57,514 nt of DNA from Elusimicrobiota bacterium. Lineage in GTDB: Bacteria > Elusimicrobiota > UBA8919. Below, in pieces: positions 43,420 to 52,427 of the stretch. Within the stretch, counting starts at the first letter, position 1; every line of letters starts with the position of its first letter. The notes beneath the pieces are model-generated. The model ran no database searches and was not told the origin of the DNA. It saw only the letters and a program-made list of their open reading frames with translations. A program made the position numbers and the translations under genes. Location: assembly GCA_003452965.1 (NCBI GenBank), contig DMMW01000035.1:534-58047 (forward strand), given 5' to 3'.

Positions 43420-43816
43420 TATAAATAAATTGCTTGAATCTATCAAGGATATGGAGACATCTAATAACTTTAGAAGTAATTTTTGGCATAAAATTACAAT
43501 ATACGAACAAAATGATATTTTTAATAGAATGCCGATTGTAAGATTTGCAAATGTTTCTTTGGTTGGTTCTTTTGTTGTATTAATTTTTTTAGTATTTTCT
43601 GTTATCTCGCCGATTTTATATAGTCAGGATAATAAAATTAATAAAGAAATTTCACAATTTGTCTTAAAAGCATTTAATCCGTTGAATAATAAGAAAATTT
43701 TTTCATTTTCAAATTTTATAAACTATTGTGATGAATATTGCAAAGTAATGTGTGGCTATTGTGAAGGTGATGATATGGAATGTGAAATGAGCGGGGTTAA
43801 TGGAGAAAAACAATGA
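43406..43816 (+). CDS. hypothetical single-pass membrane protein with Cys-rich C-terminus (candidate anti-sigma/metal sensor)
   Basis: One TM segment (VSLVGSFVVLIFLVFSVISPIL) and a C-terminal YCDEYCKVMCGYCEGDDMECEMSG. It overlaps the neighbouring ORFs. No family recognised. Confidence 0.35.
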   Translation: MKMNNINKLLESIKDMETSNNFRSNFWHKITIYEQNDIFNRMPIVRFANVSLVGSFVVLIFLVFSVISPILYSQDNKINKEISQFVLKAFNPLNNKKIFSFSNFINYCDEYCKVMCGYCEGDDMECEMSGVNGEKQ

Positions 43817-44070
43817 AGTCAAAATTAGCTATTATGAGCTTTGTTTTGGGGTTGATTTCTTTTGTGCAATTATTTGGAATTGAAAAAGCTGTATTAGCAA
43901 TTATTTTTGGAACTATTGCTTTAAAAGAAATTGTGTCAGATCAAAAATTGGCAGGAAAGAATTATGCGTATTCTGCTATAATAATAAGTTCATTGTATAT
44001 TTTGATTGTCATAGTTTTGTTAATAATTAAAGGTCCTGATATGTTAAAGTATATAGGTATGATGAGGTGA
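43813..44070 (+). CDS. small 2-TM membrane protein (DUF4190-like)
   Basis: ATGA overlap with the upstream ORF. The two-helix layout MSFVLGLISF...AIIFGTIALKEI resembles DUF4190. Confidence 0.45.
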   Translation: MKSKLAIMSFVLGLISFVQLFGIEKAVLAIIFGTIALKEIVSDQKLAGKNYAYSAIIISSLYILIVIVLLIIKGPDMLKYIGMMR

Positions 44071-44074
44071 TAAA

Positions 44075-44440
44075 ATGAAAAAGATTGTTGTTTTTTTTAG
44101 TGTGTTTTTGATGATTTGTTTGTTGATTAATCGTGTGGCAGCTATGTCATGTCACGCGGGTAACGGCGGTCATCAACATGAAGAGAAGTCGATAGAAAAA
44201 TCGGAAAAGAAAAAGGTCAAAGTTAAAGGATCTTTTTATTCTAAAATTTATGTCTGCCCGATGCATCCAGAAATAAAAAGCGACAAACCTGGGAAATGCT
44301 CTGAATGTGGGATGAAACTTAAAAAGAAACAAGTTTTAATGACATATACCTGCACAGAAAAGGATTGCGATTATAAACAAGTAAAACCGGGGATTTGCCC
44401 CGAGCATAAAAAGGAATTAGTTAAGAAAATAATTGATTAG
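44075..44440 (+). CDS. secreted heavy-metal-binding-domain (HMBD) protein
   Basis: Signal peptide. YVCPMHPEIKSDKPGKCSECGMKL is the HMBD motif, followed by a second Cys-rich module. Confidence 0.6.
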   Translation: MKKIVVFFSVFLMICLLINRVAAMSCHAGNGGHQHEEKSIEKSEKKKVKVKGSFYSKIYVCPMHPEIKSDKPGKCSECGMKLKKKQVLMTYTCTEKDCDYKQVKPGICPEHKKELVKKIID

Positions 44441-44488
44441 ATGTAAGAAATTATTTTTTTAGCGAGTATTTTAGTATATAATTAAAAT

Positions 44489-45742
44489 ATGAATATTATA
44501 ATTAAAGTATTTGTTGTTTTTGCAATTAGTAATTTATTCACAAACGTTATTTTTGGTGAAAGTGCTTCTTTGCAAATTCTTATTACTAAAGCGAAACAGA
44601 ATAATCCCGAAATTATTGCGGCAAGAGAAAAGTGGAATGCAACAAAGTCAAAGATATTGCAGGAAAGAACATTTGAAAATCCACAATTTTTTATTGATTA
44701 TCAAAGAATGCCGAGAGATAATTTTGATTTAAACGATGCGGAAGAAAAGATGTTTGGAATAACTCAAATGGTCCCTTTTCCAGGTAAACTCTCACTTAAA
44801 GGAAAAATTGCAAAATCAGAAGCAAAAATGGCTGAATCGGAATATATAACAATAGAACGGAAAATATTATCAGATTTGAAAATAGTATATTCAATGTATT
44901 TTTATGCAAATAAATCTATTGAAACTTACAAGCAAAGTTCAAATATTATGAGAAATTTTTCGAAAGTTGCAGAATCAAAATATGTGGTTGGTAAAGTGAG
45001 CCAGGGTGATGTTTTGCGCGCTCAAGTTGAAACATCTAAGATGTTGAATATGGTTATGATTATGGAGCAGGAAAAAGAAACTATAAAAGCAGAATTGAAT
45101 TCTTTAATAGGGAAGAATATAGATGAAGATTTGGGTGAATCAGAAGATTTATTACCTGTGATAATTGATAAGAATTGGGAAGAGATTGGAAAAATGGTAA
45201 TTGAAAACAACTCGGAAATACAAAAAAGTTATGATGCTCTATATAGAAGTAAATTATCAAAAAAATATGCTGTATCTGAATTTTTACCGGATTTTGATTT
45301 GACCTATCGTAAAAGAAGAATGAAAGATGTACAAGATACACAGGATTTTATGTTTGGGTTTACTATTCCGTTATGGTTCTGGAGACCGTTATATGGAATA
45401 AAAGAGATGTCAGCAGATTTAAAGATGGCTGAATCGGATAAAAAAAATACGGAACTTATGATTATTTCTAAAGCAAAACAAATTTATTTAAAATTAAAAA
45501 CTACAGAAAAACTAATAGATTCATATAAATCAAGTATATTACCACAAGCAGAACAATCTTTAAAAGTTACCGAGTCGTTATACCGAGGTGATAAAGAAGA
45601 TTTTTTACAATTATTAGATAGCGTTAGGTCATTGTTGGAATTTCAAATAGAGTATTATAAATATATTGCTGAATATCATCAAAATCTGGCTCAACTTGAG
45701 AATATAACAGGTACGAATTTGTATAGTGGAGGATTAAAATGA
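44489..45742 (+). CDS. TolC-family outer-membrane efflux protein (CusC-like)
   Basis: 417 aa with a signal peptide and two OEP-type coiled repeats. Its position is upstream of the adaptor and RND pump genes. Confidence 0.8.
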   Translation: MNIIIKVFVVFAISNLFTNVIFGESASLQILITKAKQNNPEIIAAREKWNATKSKILQERTFENPQFFIDYQRMPRDNFDLNDAEEKMFGITQMVPFPGKLSLKGKIAKSEAKMAESEYITIERKILSDLKIVYSMYFYANKSIETYKQSSNIMRNFSKVAESKYVVGKVSQGDVLRAQVETSKMLNMVMIMEQEKETIKAELNSLIGKNIDEDLGESEDLLPVIIDKNWEEIGKMVIENNSEIQKSYDALYRSKLSKKYAVSEFLPDFDLTYRKRRMKDVQDTQDFMFGFTIPLWFWRPLYGIKEMSADLKMAESDKKNTELMIISKAKQIYLKLKTTEKLIDSYKSSILPQAEQSLKVTESLYRGDKEDFLQLLDSVRSLLEFQIEYYKYIAEYHQNLAQLENITGTNLYSGGLK

Positions 45743-46968
45743 AAATAACTGGAAAGATGGGAATATGTAGTGGAAAGTGGTTTTTACTACTTACTACTTT
45801 CTGCTTACTACTTTCTGTCTTTTTTATTGCATGTTCAAAAAATAAAGAACACGAGCATCATAATGCGGAGCAAACATCGGAAAAATACTATTGTCCGATG
45901 CATCCGAATTATATTTCTGATAAACCCGGCGATTGTCCTATTTGCGGGATGAAATTGGTTAAAGATGAAAAAAAGTCTGTTTCACCGGAATCTTCAACTA
46001 AGCAGAAAGAGAAAAAAATTATGTATAAATCAACAATGCATCCCAATGAGGTTTCCGATAGACCCGGCAAAGATTCTATGGGTATGGAAATGGTGCCGTT
46101 TGAAGTTGAAGAAAAACCAACCACTGCTGTAAAGGGTCTTTCAACTATAACTATTCCTTTAGAAAAACAGCAATTAATAGGAGTTAAAACCGCTATTGTA
46201 AAAAAAAGAGATGTCTTTAAAACAATCAAAACAGTGGGAAATACTGCTCATGATCCTGAATTATATTTTGCAGAACAGGAATATATAACTTCATTTAAAA
46301 CATACCAAAAGATAAAGGATTCTTCGCAGGCTGAAGCGATAAAAAACGCTAAGGATCTTATGGAATCTGCAAAATTTAAGTTAAAGCTTTTAGGCTTCAA
46401 TAACGAACAAATAGAAGAGCTTGAAAAAAGAGGGGTTCCTGATGAAGGACTTCTCATAACCGAAGAAAGTGAAAATCTATGGGTTTATGCAACTATTTAT
46501 GAATATGATTTAAAATATGTTAAAATTAATCAGGAAGCAAAGATAACATCTTCTTCTGTTTTAAATGAAAGTATATCCGGGAAAGTTATTACAATTGACC
46601 CGGTATTAAATCCGGAAACAAGAAGTGCAAAAGTGAGAATTCTTGTAAATGATAAATCCTTGTCATTAAAACACGAGACTTTTGTTAATGTTGAAATAAA
46701 AATTCCTCTTGGTATGGTATTAACTTTACCTGATACTGCGGTAATGGATACAGGAATTAGACAGATTATTTTTATTGATAAAGGTAATGGAATATTTGAA
46801 CCGCGAGAAATTAAAGTAAGTGAAAAAATAAACGATTATTATATTATTAAATCCGGTGTTTCGGAAGGAGAAAGAGTCGTTAGTAGTGCAAATTTTCTGA
46901 TAGATTCGGAAAGTCAATTAAAATCCATATTGCAGGACATGAGCGGTGAACAAAAGCATTCGCATTAA
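45739..46968 (+). CDS. RND efflux periplasmic adaptor (CusB-like) with N-terminal HMBD modules
   Basis: ATGA overlap. HMBD motif YYCPMHPNYISDKPGDCPICGMKL plus a degenerate second copy, and a C-terminal HlyD_D23-like beta domains. Confidence 0.85.
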   Translation: MKITGKMGICSGKWFLLLTTFCLLLSVFFIACSKNKEHEHHNAEQTSEKYYCPMHPNYISDKPGDCPICGMKLVKDEKKSVSPESSTKQKEKKIMYKSTMHPNEVSDRPGKDSMGMEMVPFEVEEKPTTAVKGLSTITIPLEKQQLIGVKTAIVKKRDVFKTIKTVGNTAHDPELYFAEQEYITSFKTYQKIKDSSQAEAIKNAKDLMESAKFKLKLLGFNNEQIEELEKRGVPDEGLLITEESENLWVYATIYEYDLKYVKINQEAKITSSSVLNESISGKVITIDPVLNPETRSAKVRILVNDKSLSLKHETFVNVEIKIPLGMVLTLPDTAVMDTGIRQIIFIDKGNGIFEPREIKVSEKINDYYIIKSGVSEGERVVSSANFLIDSESQLKSILQDMSGEQKHSH

Positions 46969-47138
46969 CAACAAATTTACTTTTAGGAATTCAGAAAAAT
47001 ATGTCATTTCCACATGGGCAATAAGGTTGTCATACCTGTAGGATGTAAACAGGTATCCAGTAAATGGCCGTGGATTCCCGATAGAATCGTTCAGGAATGA
47101 CAAAAGTAAAAAAATGCGTAAAGCGTAGAAGGAATTTT

Positions 47139-50100
47139 ATGATAGAAAGAATAATAGAATGGTGTGCTAAAAATAGATTTTTTGTTTTTCTCGGAACCGC
47201 ATTGGCTATTGTCTGGTCAATATGGGCGATAAATAACATACCCCTGGATGCTATACCTGATTTGACGGACACTCAGGTAATTATTTATTCCAAATGGGAC
47301 AGACCACCTCAAATTATAGAAGACCAGATAACATATCCTATCGTTTCTGCGTTATTAGGTGCTCCAAAAGTAAAAGATATCCGTGGTTTTTCTGATTATG
47401 GTTTTTCTTATGTATATGTTGTTTTTGAAGATGGAACCGATGTATACTGGGCTCGTTCGCGGGTCTTAGAGTATCTTTCAAAGATAACAGCCCAACTTCC
47501 CCAGGATGCAGCTGTTGAACTTGGTCCTGATGCTACCGGTGTTGGTTGGGTCTATGAATATGCACTTATCGATGAAACAGGAAAACATTCATTAGATGAA
47601 CTAAGAACATTTCAGGATTGGCACTTAAAATATGCTTTGCAATCGGTAAAAGGGGTTGCTGAAGTCGCGTCTGTAGGTGGATTTTCAAAACAGTATCAGA
47701 TTGTTGTAAATCCCAATGCGTTACTTGCCTATAACATTTCAATTTCAGATATCATAATGGCTGTTAAAAAATCCAATCAGGAAATCGGAGCACGACTATT
47801 GGAACTCTCCGGAACCGAGTATATGGTTACCGTTAAGGGCTATATAAAATCAAAAAAAGATATAGAAGAAGCGGTAATAAAAGTTACTAAAAATGGTGTA
47901 CCTATAAGAATTAAAGAATTAGCTAACGTGCAGATTGGTCCGGATATAAGAAGAGGCGTAGCAGAATTAAATGGTGAAGGCGAGGTTGTCGGTGGAATAG
48001 TTGTAATGCGGTATAAAGAGAATGCATTGGATGTTATAAAAAATGTAAAGAAAAAATTCTCAGAAATACAATTGCCAGAAGGAGTAAAAGTTGTAGTAAC
48101 ATATGACCGTTCCGATTTGATAATAAAATCAATTGATACAATGAAGAAAAAATTATTAGAAGAAATGATAGTAGTTGCTATTATCATTTTAATTTTTCTA
48201 TTACATATACCTTCTGCAATAATTCCGATAATCACGCTTCCAATTGCTGCTTTAATATCTTTTATTCCGATGTATTACATGAATTTAACTTCAAATGTGA
48301 TGTCTTTAGGTGGTATAGCCATTGCAATAGGTGCAATGGTTGATGCTTCAATAGTTGTAGTTGAAAATTCCCATAAAAAACTCTCACATTGGGAAGAAAG
48401 TGGGCGTAAAGGTGATTATCATTTAATCTTAATAAATGCTATAAAAGAAGTCGGTAGACCTTCGTTTTTTTCGCTTTTAGTGATATCGGTTGCTTTTATT
48501 CCGATATTTACATTGGAAGGCATAGAAGGACGGCTCTTTAAACCGCTTGCATATACCAAAAATTTTGCAATGCTTTTTGCGGCTGTTTTAGCGATAACTC
48601 TTGATCCTGCGATCAGAATGCTATTTACAAAAATAGATGATTATGTATTTAAGCCAAAGTGGCTTTGTAAGATTACGAATTTTATTTTTGTGGGTAAGAT
48701 TCGCTCTGAAGAAAAACACGCTGTATCAAAATTTTTATTTAAAATCTACGGTCCCGTAGTTGATTTCGTATTAAAAAAACCATATCTAATAATATCATCT
48801 GCATTAATATTGTTTATCATCACTATTCCAATATACTTTAAAATTGGCAGTGAATTTATGCCACCGCTGGACGAGGGTTCTATATTATACATGCCTACCA
48901 CGTTACCCGGTATATCGGTAACAGAGGCAACTAAATTATTGCAAGTTCAGGATAAAATATTAAAGAGTTTTCCGGAAGTCGTTAGTGTCTTTGGTAAAGC
49001 AGGCAGAGCAAATACATCAACAGATCCTGCACCGTTTTCAATGATGGAAACAACGGTAATATTAAAATCCGAAAAAGAATGGCGCAGTAAAAAAAGATGG
49101 TATTCCAAAATTGCTCCCGAATTCATCAAAAGACAACTTCGTCTTATATGGTCGGACAGAATTTCCAGAGAAGAACTAATCACCGAAATGGATGAAAAAT
49201 TGAAACTTCCAGGTCAGGTAAATGCATGGACGCTTCCAATAAAAGGAAGAATTGATATGTTAACAACAGGTATAAGGACACCAGTTGGAATAAAAATATA
49301 CGGTGATGATTTGGAAAAAATTCAAGAAATCGGAACAGAAATTGAAACCCACATAAAAAGTATTAAAGGGACAAGAAGTGTTTATGCTGAAAGAACAGCT
49401 GCGGGCTATTTTGTAAATATAAATATTAAACGAGATGAAATAGCGAGATATGGTTTAACCATTGAAGATGTTCAGATGGTTTTGATGTCTGCGGTAGGTG
49501 GCGAAAATATATCACAAACGATTGAGGGTAGAGAAAGATTTGGCATAAATGTCAGATATCCCCGTGAATTAAGAGATGATGTAGAAAAATTAAAAAGGAT
49601 ATATATCGCAACACCGACAGGTGCCCAAATACCGGTAATTCAAATTGCAGATATAAAAATAGAAAAAGGTCCGGGAATGATAAGAGATGAAAACGGACGT
49701 CTCTCCGGTTATGTTTATGTAGATGTAGCGAATAGGGATATAGGCGGTTATGTTACTGAAGTAAAGAAAATGATGAAGGAGATGGTAGAATTACCTGCGG
49801 GTTATTCACTCATATTTAGCGGTCAGTACGAATTTATGGAAAGAGTTAAAAAAAGAATGTTCTTGGTGGTACCGCTAACTCTTTTCATAATATTTGTATT
49901 ATTGTATATAAATACTAAATCATATACAAAGACATTTATTGTTTTACTTGCAGTACCGTTTTCACTCATTGGAGTTGTCTGGATTTTATATCTGCTAAAC
50001 TATAACCTTTCAATAGGTGTTTGGGCAGGAATAATTGCCTTACTTGGTATTGATGCAGAAACCGGTGTATTTATGCTGTTATATCTTGATTTATCGTATA

Positions 50101-50405
50101 ATGAAATGAAAGAAAAAGGACAGATGAGGACATTGAATGATTTAAAACAAGCGATACACTATGGTGCAGTAAAAAGAATAAGGCCGAAAATGATGACTGT
50201 ATTAACAACTTTTATCGGACTGCTTCCTATAATGTGGGCACAGACATTTGAATTGGGTGCCGATGTAATGAAAAGAATCGCTGCACCGATGGTCGGCGGA
50301 ATCTTTACTTCCTTCTTGATGGAACTACTTGTATATCCCGCCATATATTTAATCTGGCGTCACCACACCGAAATAAAGAAGCAACAGATAACTGATAATT
50401 ACTAA
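47139..50405 (+). CDS. CusA/CzcA-family heavy-metal efflux RND transporter
   Basis: About 1088 aa and 12 TM segments, with the HME-RND N-terminus MIERIIEWCAKNRFFVFL. The start is chosen at ATG 47139, which has AGAAGGA upstream. Confidence 0.92.
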   Translation: MIERIIEWCAKNRFFVFLGTALAIVWSIWAINNIPLDAIPDLTDTQVIIYSKWDRPPQIIEDQITYPIVSALLGAPKVKDIRGFSDYGFSYVYVVFEDGTDVYWARSRVLEYLSKITAQLPQDAAVELGPDATGVGWVYEYALIDETGKHSLDELRTFQDWHLKYALQSVKGVAEVASVGGFSKQYQIVVNPNALLAYNISISDIIMAVKKSNQEIGARLLELSGTEYMVTVKGYIKSKKDIEEAVIKVTKNGVPIRIKELANVQIGPDIRRGVAELNGEGEVVGGIVVMRYKENALDVIKNVKKKFSEIQLPEGVKVVVTYDRSDLIIKSIDTMKKKLLEEMIVVAIIILIFLLHIPSAIIPIITLPIAALISFIPMYYMNLTSNVMSLGGIAIAIGAMVDASIVVVENSHKKLSHWEESGRKGDYHLILINAIKEVGRPSFFSLLVISVAFIPIFTLEGIEGRLFKPLAYTKNFAMLFAAVLAITLDPAIRMLFTKIDDYVFKPKWLCKITNFIFVGKIRSEEKHAVSKFLFKIYGPVVDFVLKKPYLIISSALILFIITIPIYFKIGSEFMPPLDEGSILYMPTTLPGISVTEATKLLQVQDKILKSFPEVVSVFGKAGRANTSTDPAPFSMMETTVILKSEKEWRSKKRWYSKIAPEFIKRQLRLIWSDRISREELITEMDEKLKLPGQVNAWTLPIKGRIDMLTTGIRTPVGIKIYGDDLEKIQEIGTEIETHIKSIKGTRSVYAERTAAGYFVNINIKRDEIARYGLTIEDVQMVLMSAVGGENISQTIEGRERFGINVRYPRELRDDVEKLKRIYIATPTGAQIPVIQIADIKIEKGPGMIRDENGRLSGYVYVDVANRDIGGYVTEVKKMMKEMVELPAGYSLIFSGQYEFMERVKKRMFLVVPLTLFIIFVLLYINTKSYTKTFIVLLAVPFSLIGVVWILYLLNYNLSIGVWAGIIALLGIDAETGVFMLLYLDLSYNEMKEKGQMRTLNDLKQAIHYGAVKRIRPKMMTVLTTFIGLLPIMWAQTFELGADVMKRIAAPMVGGIFTSFLMELLVYPAIYLIWRHHTEIKKQQITDNY

Positions 50406-50423
50406 AAATTTATAATTTATAGT

Positions 50424-50502
50424 AGTAGTTGCCAACCTTGGTTGGCGTCTTTTCCATTTTGCTCTGCGTCTTTTCCATTATTGTAGTTGCCAAGTTTATT
50501 TG
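50424..50502 (+). repeat. family A repeats (two copies) with internal direct repeat gcgtcttttccatt x2
   Basis: agtagttgccaaccttggttggcgtc (50424-50449) contains the hairpin gccaacc/ggttggc. A second copy, tgtagttgccaagtttatttg, lies at 50482-50502. Confidence 0.6.
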
Positions 50503-50522
50503 AAAATTGTCAACAGCTGAAA

Positions 50523-50582
50523 GCGTTGAAAAAGCACTCACCGTCCTTGATTACACAGATATTGAAAGATGATTACAGAGAT
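50523..50582 (+). repeat. GC-rich intergenic element (family C), copy 2
   Basis: Matches 812-846 at 30/35 and 889-910 at 19/21. Confidence 0.6.
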
Positions 50583-50690
50583 TGTTACCTGCCTGCCGAA
50601 TCTTTAGTGTGGGCATGGGGTTTTTAAACAATATCATATTAAGGTAAACTTTTTTATCTAATAAATGTCTAAAGTAAGGGGATTTTAAAA

Positions 50691-51533
50691 ATGAAAAGGA
50701 AATCTGTAATTATGGAAAATATTTCGGTTATATTTATTATTGCTATTATTGGTTTGTTGAGTTGTGCTAATCCTTATCATAGGAATTATAAAAGCATGCT
50801 GGACAGGTGGCCTCACGTAAAAATGCAGTTATCGGACATATCCGAAGCACCCGTGCCAAGGCTTTTTACATCTAAAGATTTGAAAATAGATTCTATGAAT
50901 TTATTGGAAGATGGTTATATCCTAATTGGTAAATCTGCTTTTAAAAGCCCTCCGATAAATGAAGAGCAGGCGATTAAACAGGCAAAGGAAGTTGGAGCAG
51001 ATATAGTTCTGACTAAAAAAGAGTATGTCGGTACAAAAACTGAAAGTATTCCTATAACCGAATATTTGCCAGATAAACGTTCTACAACCCGAGCACATTC
51101 AACATTCCAAACAAGTCCAACTGCGCAACCCAGTATAGCAATAACGGAAGTAACACAAACAGTATCAGGTGAATCATATATTCAGTATGTTCCCAAAGAT
51201 ACGGATTATTTTAATTATTCCGCTACATTCTGGAAAAAATCAAAACCTCAAATATTCGGCGTTCTGGCTCGCAATCTTGACGATGAAACTAAAAAACATC
51301 TTCAAACAAATAGAGGTGTAATTGTAAAAGTAGTGGTCAGAAAAACACCTGCATATAATGCAGATATTCTTAAGAATGATATTATTACTATGTTTGAAGG
51401 TGAACCTGTTTCTGATACCGAAGATTTTTTTGAAAAAATCAATAAACATGCCGGAAAGCAGGTAAAAATTAAAATTATCAGAGATAATAAACCCCGAGAT
51501 ATCACCGTTACATTACGTGCAAATTTACCGTAA
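50691..51533 (+). CDS. lipoprotein with C-terminal PDZ domain
   Basis: Lipobox-like GLLSC. The C-terminal ~85 aa (GVIVKVV...AYNADILKNDIITMFEGEPV...KIKIIRDNK) is PDZ-like. Confidence 0.5.
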   Translation: MKRKSVIMENISVIFIIAIIGLLSCANPYHRNYKSMLDRWPHVKMQLSDISEAPVPRLFTSKDLKIDSMNLLEDGYILIGKSAFKSPPINEEQAIKQAKEVGADIVLTKKEYVGTKTESIPITEYLPDKRSTTRAHSTFQTSPTAQPSIAITEVTQTVSGESYIQYVPKDTDYFNYSATFWKKSKPQIFGVLARNLDDETKKHLQTNRGVIVKVVVRKTPAYNADILKNDIITMFEGEPVSDTEDFFEKINKHAGKQVKIKIIRDNKPRDITVTLRANLP

Positions 51534-51566
51534 TGAGTGATAGTAGTATAAAAATGAGGAAAAAAT

Positions 51567-52265
51567 ATGAAAAAAATACTTTTATTAATGTTGCTTATAG
51601 TACAGTTTGTTTATGTTCAATCTGAAGAAGTTAAGATATTACGTATGGATAAGATTGGTTTGCTTGACAAATCAATTGTTATCGGAACAGGAATGCAGGG
51701 GGTTAAGTTAAGCACAGACAATTTGCATATAGCGTACATTGTCAATTCCCAAGTAAATATGTATGTTATTCGTGATAACAAAAATGATTTTCCATATGAA
51801 AATATCAGGATGGACTCGCTTATTTTTAGCCCGGATGGAAATCATCTTGCTTATATTGCTTCTCAGTTTGGTAAATGGATGGTTGTGCTGGATGGTAATC
51901 CACAGGAGCAGTATGATGATATAAATAGCGATTCTTTGACTTTCAGTCCGGATAGCAAGCGTTTAGCGTATGTTGCAAAAAGATTTAACGCATGGTGTGT
52001 TGTAGTTGACAAAAAACCCGGGAAAACATATGAATACATAAAAGAAAAAGCGATATCGTTTAGCCCGGATAGCGTCCACATTGCTTATCCTGCGGGTTTG
52101 TATAATAGATATTTTGTTGTATTGGATAATAAGGAAGGCAATACATATAATATGTTTGCAGAAAATGCCGGGATAGTATGGGATAATCCTACTACATATC
52201 ATTATATGGTAATAAATAATAGCCGCGATATTTATGTTATAACTGAGCACTTGGTAAAAAAATAA
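51567..52265 (+). CDS. secreted protein with PD40/WD40-like beta-propeller repeats
   Basis: Signal peptide and about four repeats of ~45 aa, FSPD(G/S)..(L/I)AY ... W.VV.D. Confidence 0.5.
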   Translation: MKKILLLMLLIVQFVYVQSEEVKILRMDKIGLLDKSIVIGTGMQGVKLSTDNLHIAYIVNSQVNMYVIRDNKNDFPYENIRMDSLIFSPDGNHLAYIASQFGKWMVVLDGNPQEQYDDINSDSLTFSPDSKRLAYVAKRFNAWCVVVDKKPGKTYEYIKEKAISFSPDSVHIAYPAGLYNRYFVVLDNKEGNTYNMFAENAGIVWDNPTTYHYMVINNSRDIYVITEHLVKK

Positions 52266-52266
52266 A

Positions 52267-52283
52267 GGGGTCACACCTAATTA
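52267..52283 (+). repeat. family B head motif (ggggtcacacctaatta) 1 nt after a stop codon
   Basis: It has the same head as the 42540 element, which also begins 2 nt after a stop codon. Confidence 0.55.
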
Positions 52284-52373
52284 GAGATAGGGGACGGCGT
52301 TAGATAATTAGATATTGCTAATAGAATTTTGTGATAAAAAGGGCAGTTCAATTAAATAATTTCAGATTAAAGG

Positions 52374-52398
52374 CGCTCAACAAGTTGAGCAACTACAA
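52374..52398 (-). repeat. family A repeat, full 25-mer, inverted orientation
   Basis: The plus strand cgctcaacaagttgagcaactacaa is the exact reverse complement of 41765-41789. A partial extra copy (gagcaactacaac) lies at 52405-52417. Confidence 0.8.
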
Positions 52399-52427
52399 TA
52401 GAAAGAGCAACTACAACAGAATTTCAG

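Noticed and set aside
47097-47138. 14-aa N-terminal extension of cusA (MTKVKKCVKRRRNF).
   Set aside because: It lies within the inserted structured spacer. The canonical HME-RND N-terminus MIERII... starts at ATG 47139 with an upstream AGAAGGA.
39877-52417. The family A repeats (GTTGTAGTTGCTCAACTTGTTGAGCGAC-like, palindromic core) as a degenerate or orphan CRISPR array.
   Set aside because: The copies are 60 nt to 9 kb apart with irregular spacing, occur in both orientations, sit between ordinary genes, and no cas genes are present. They behave like REP-like dispersed repeats, not an array.
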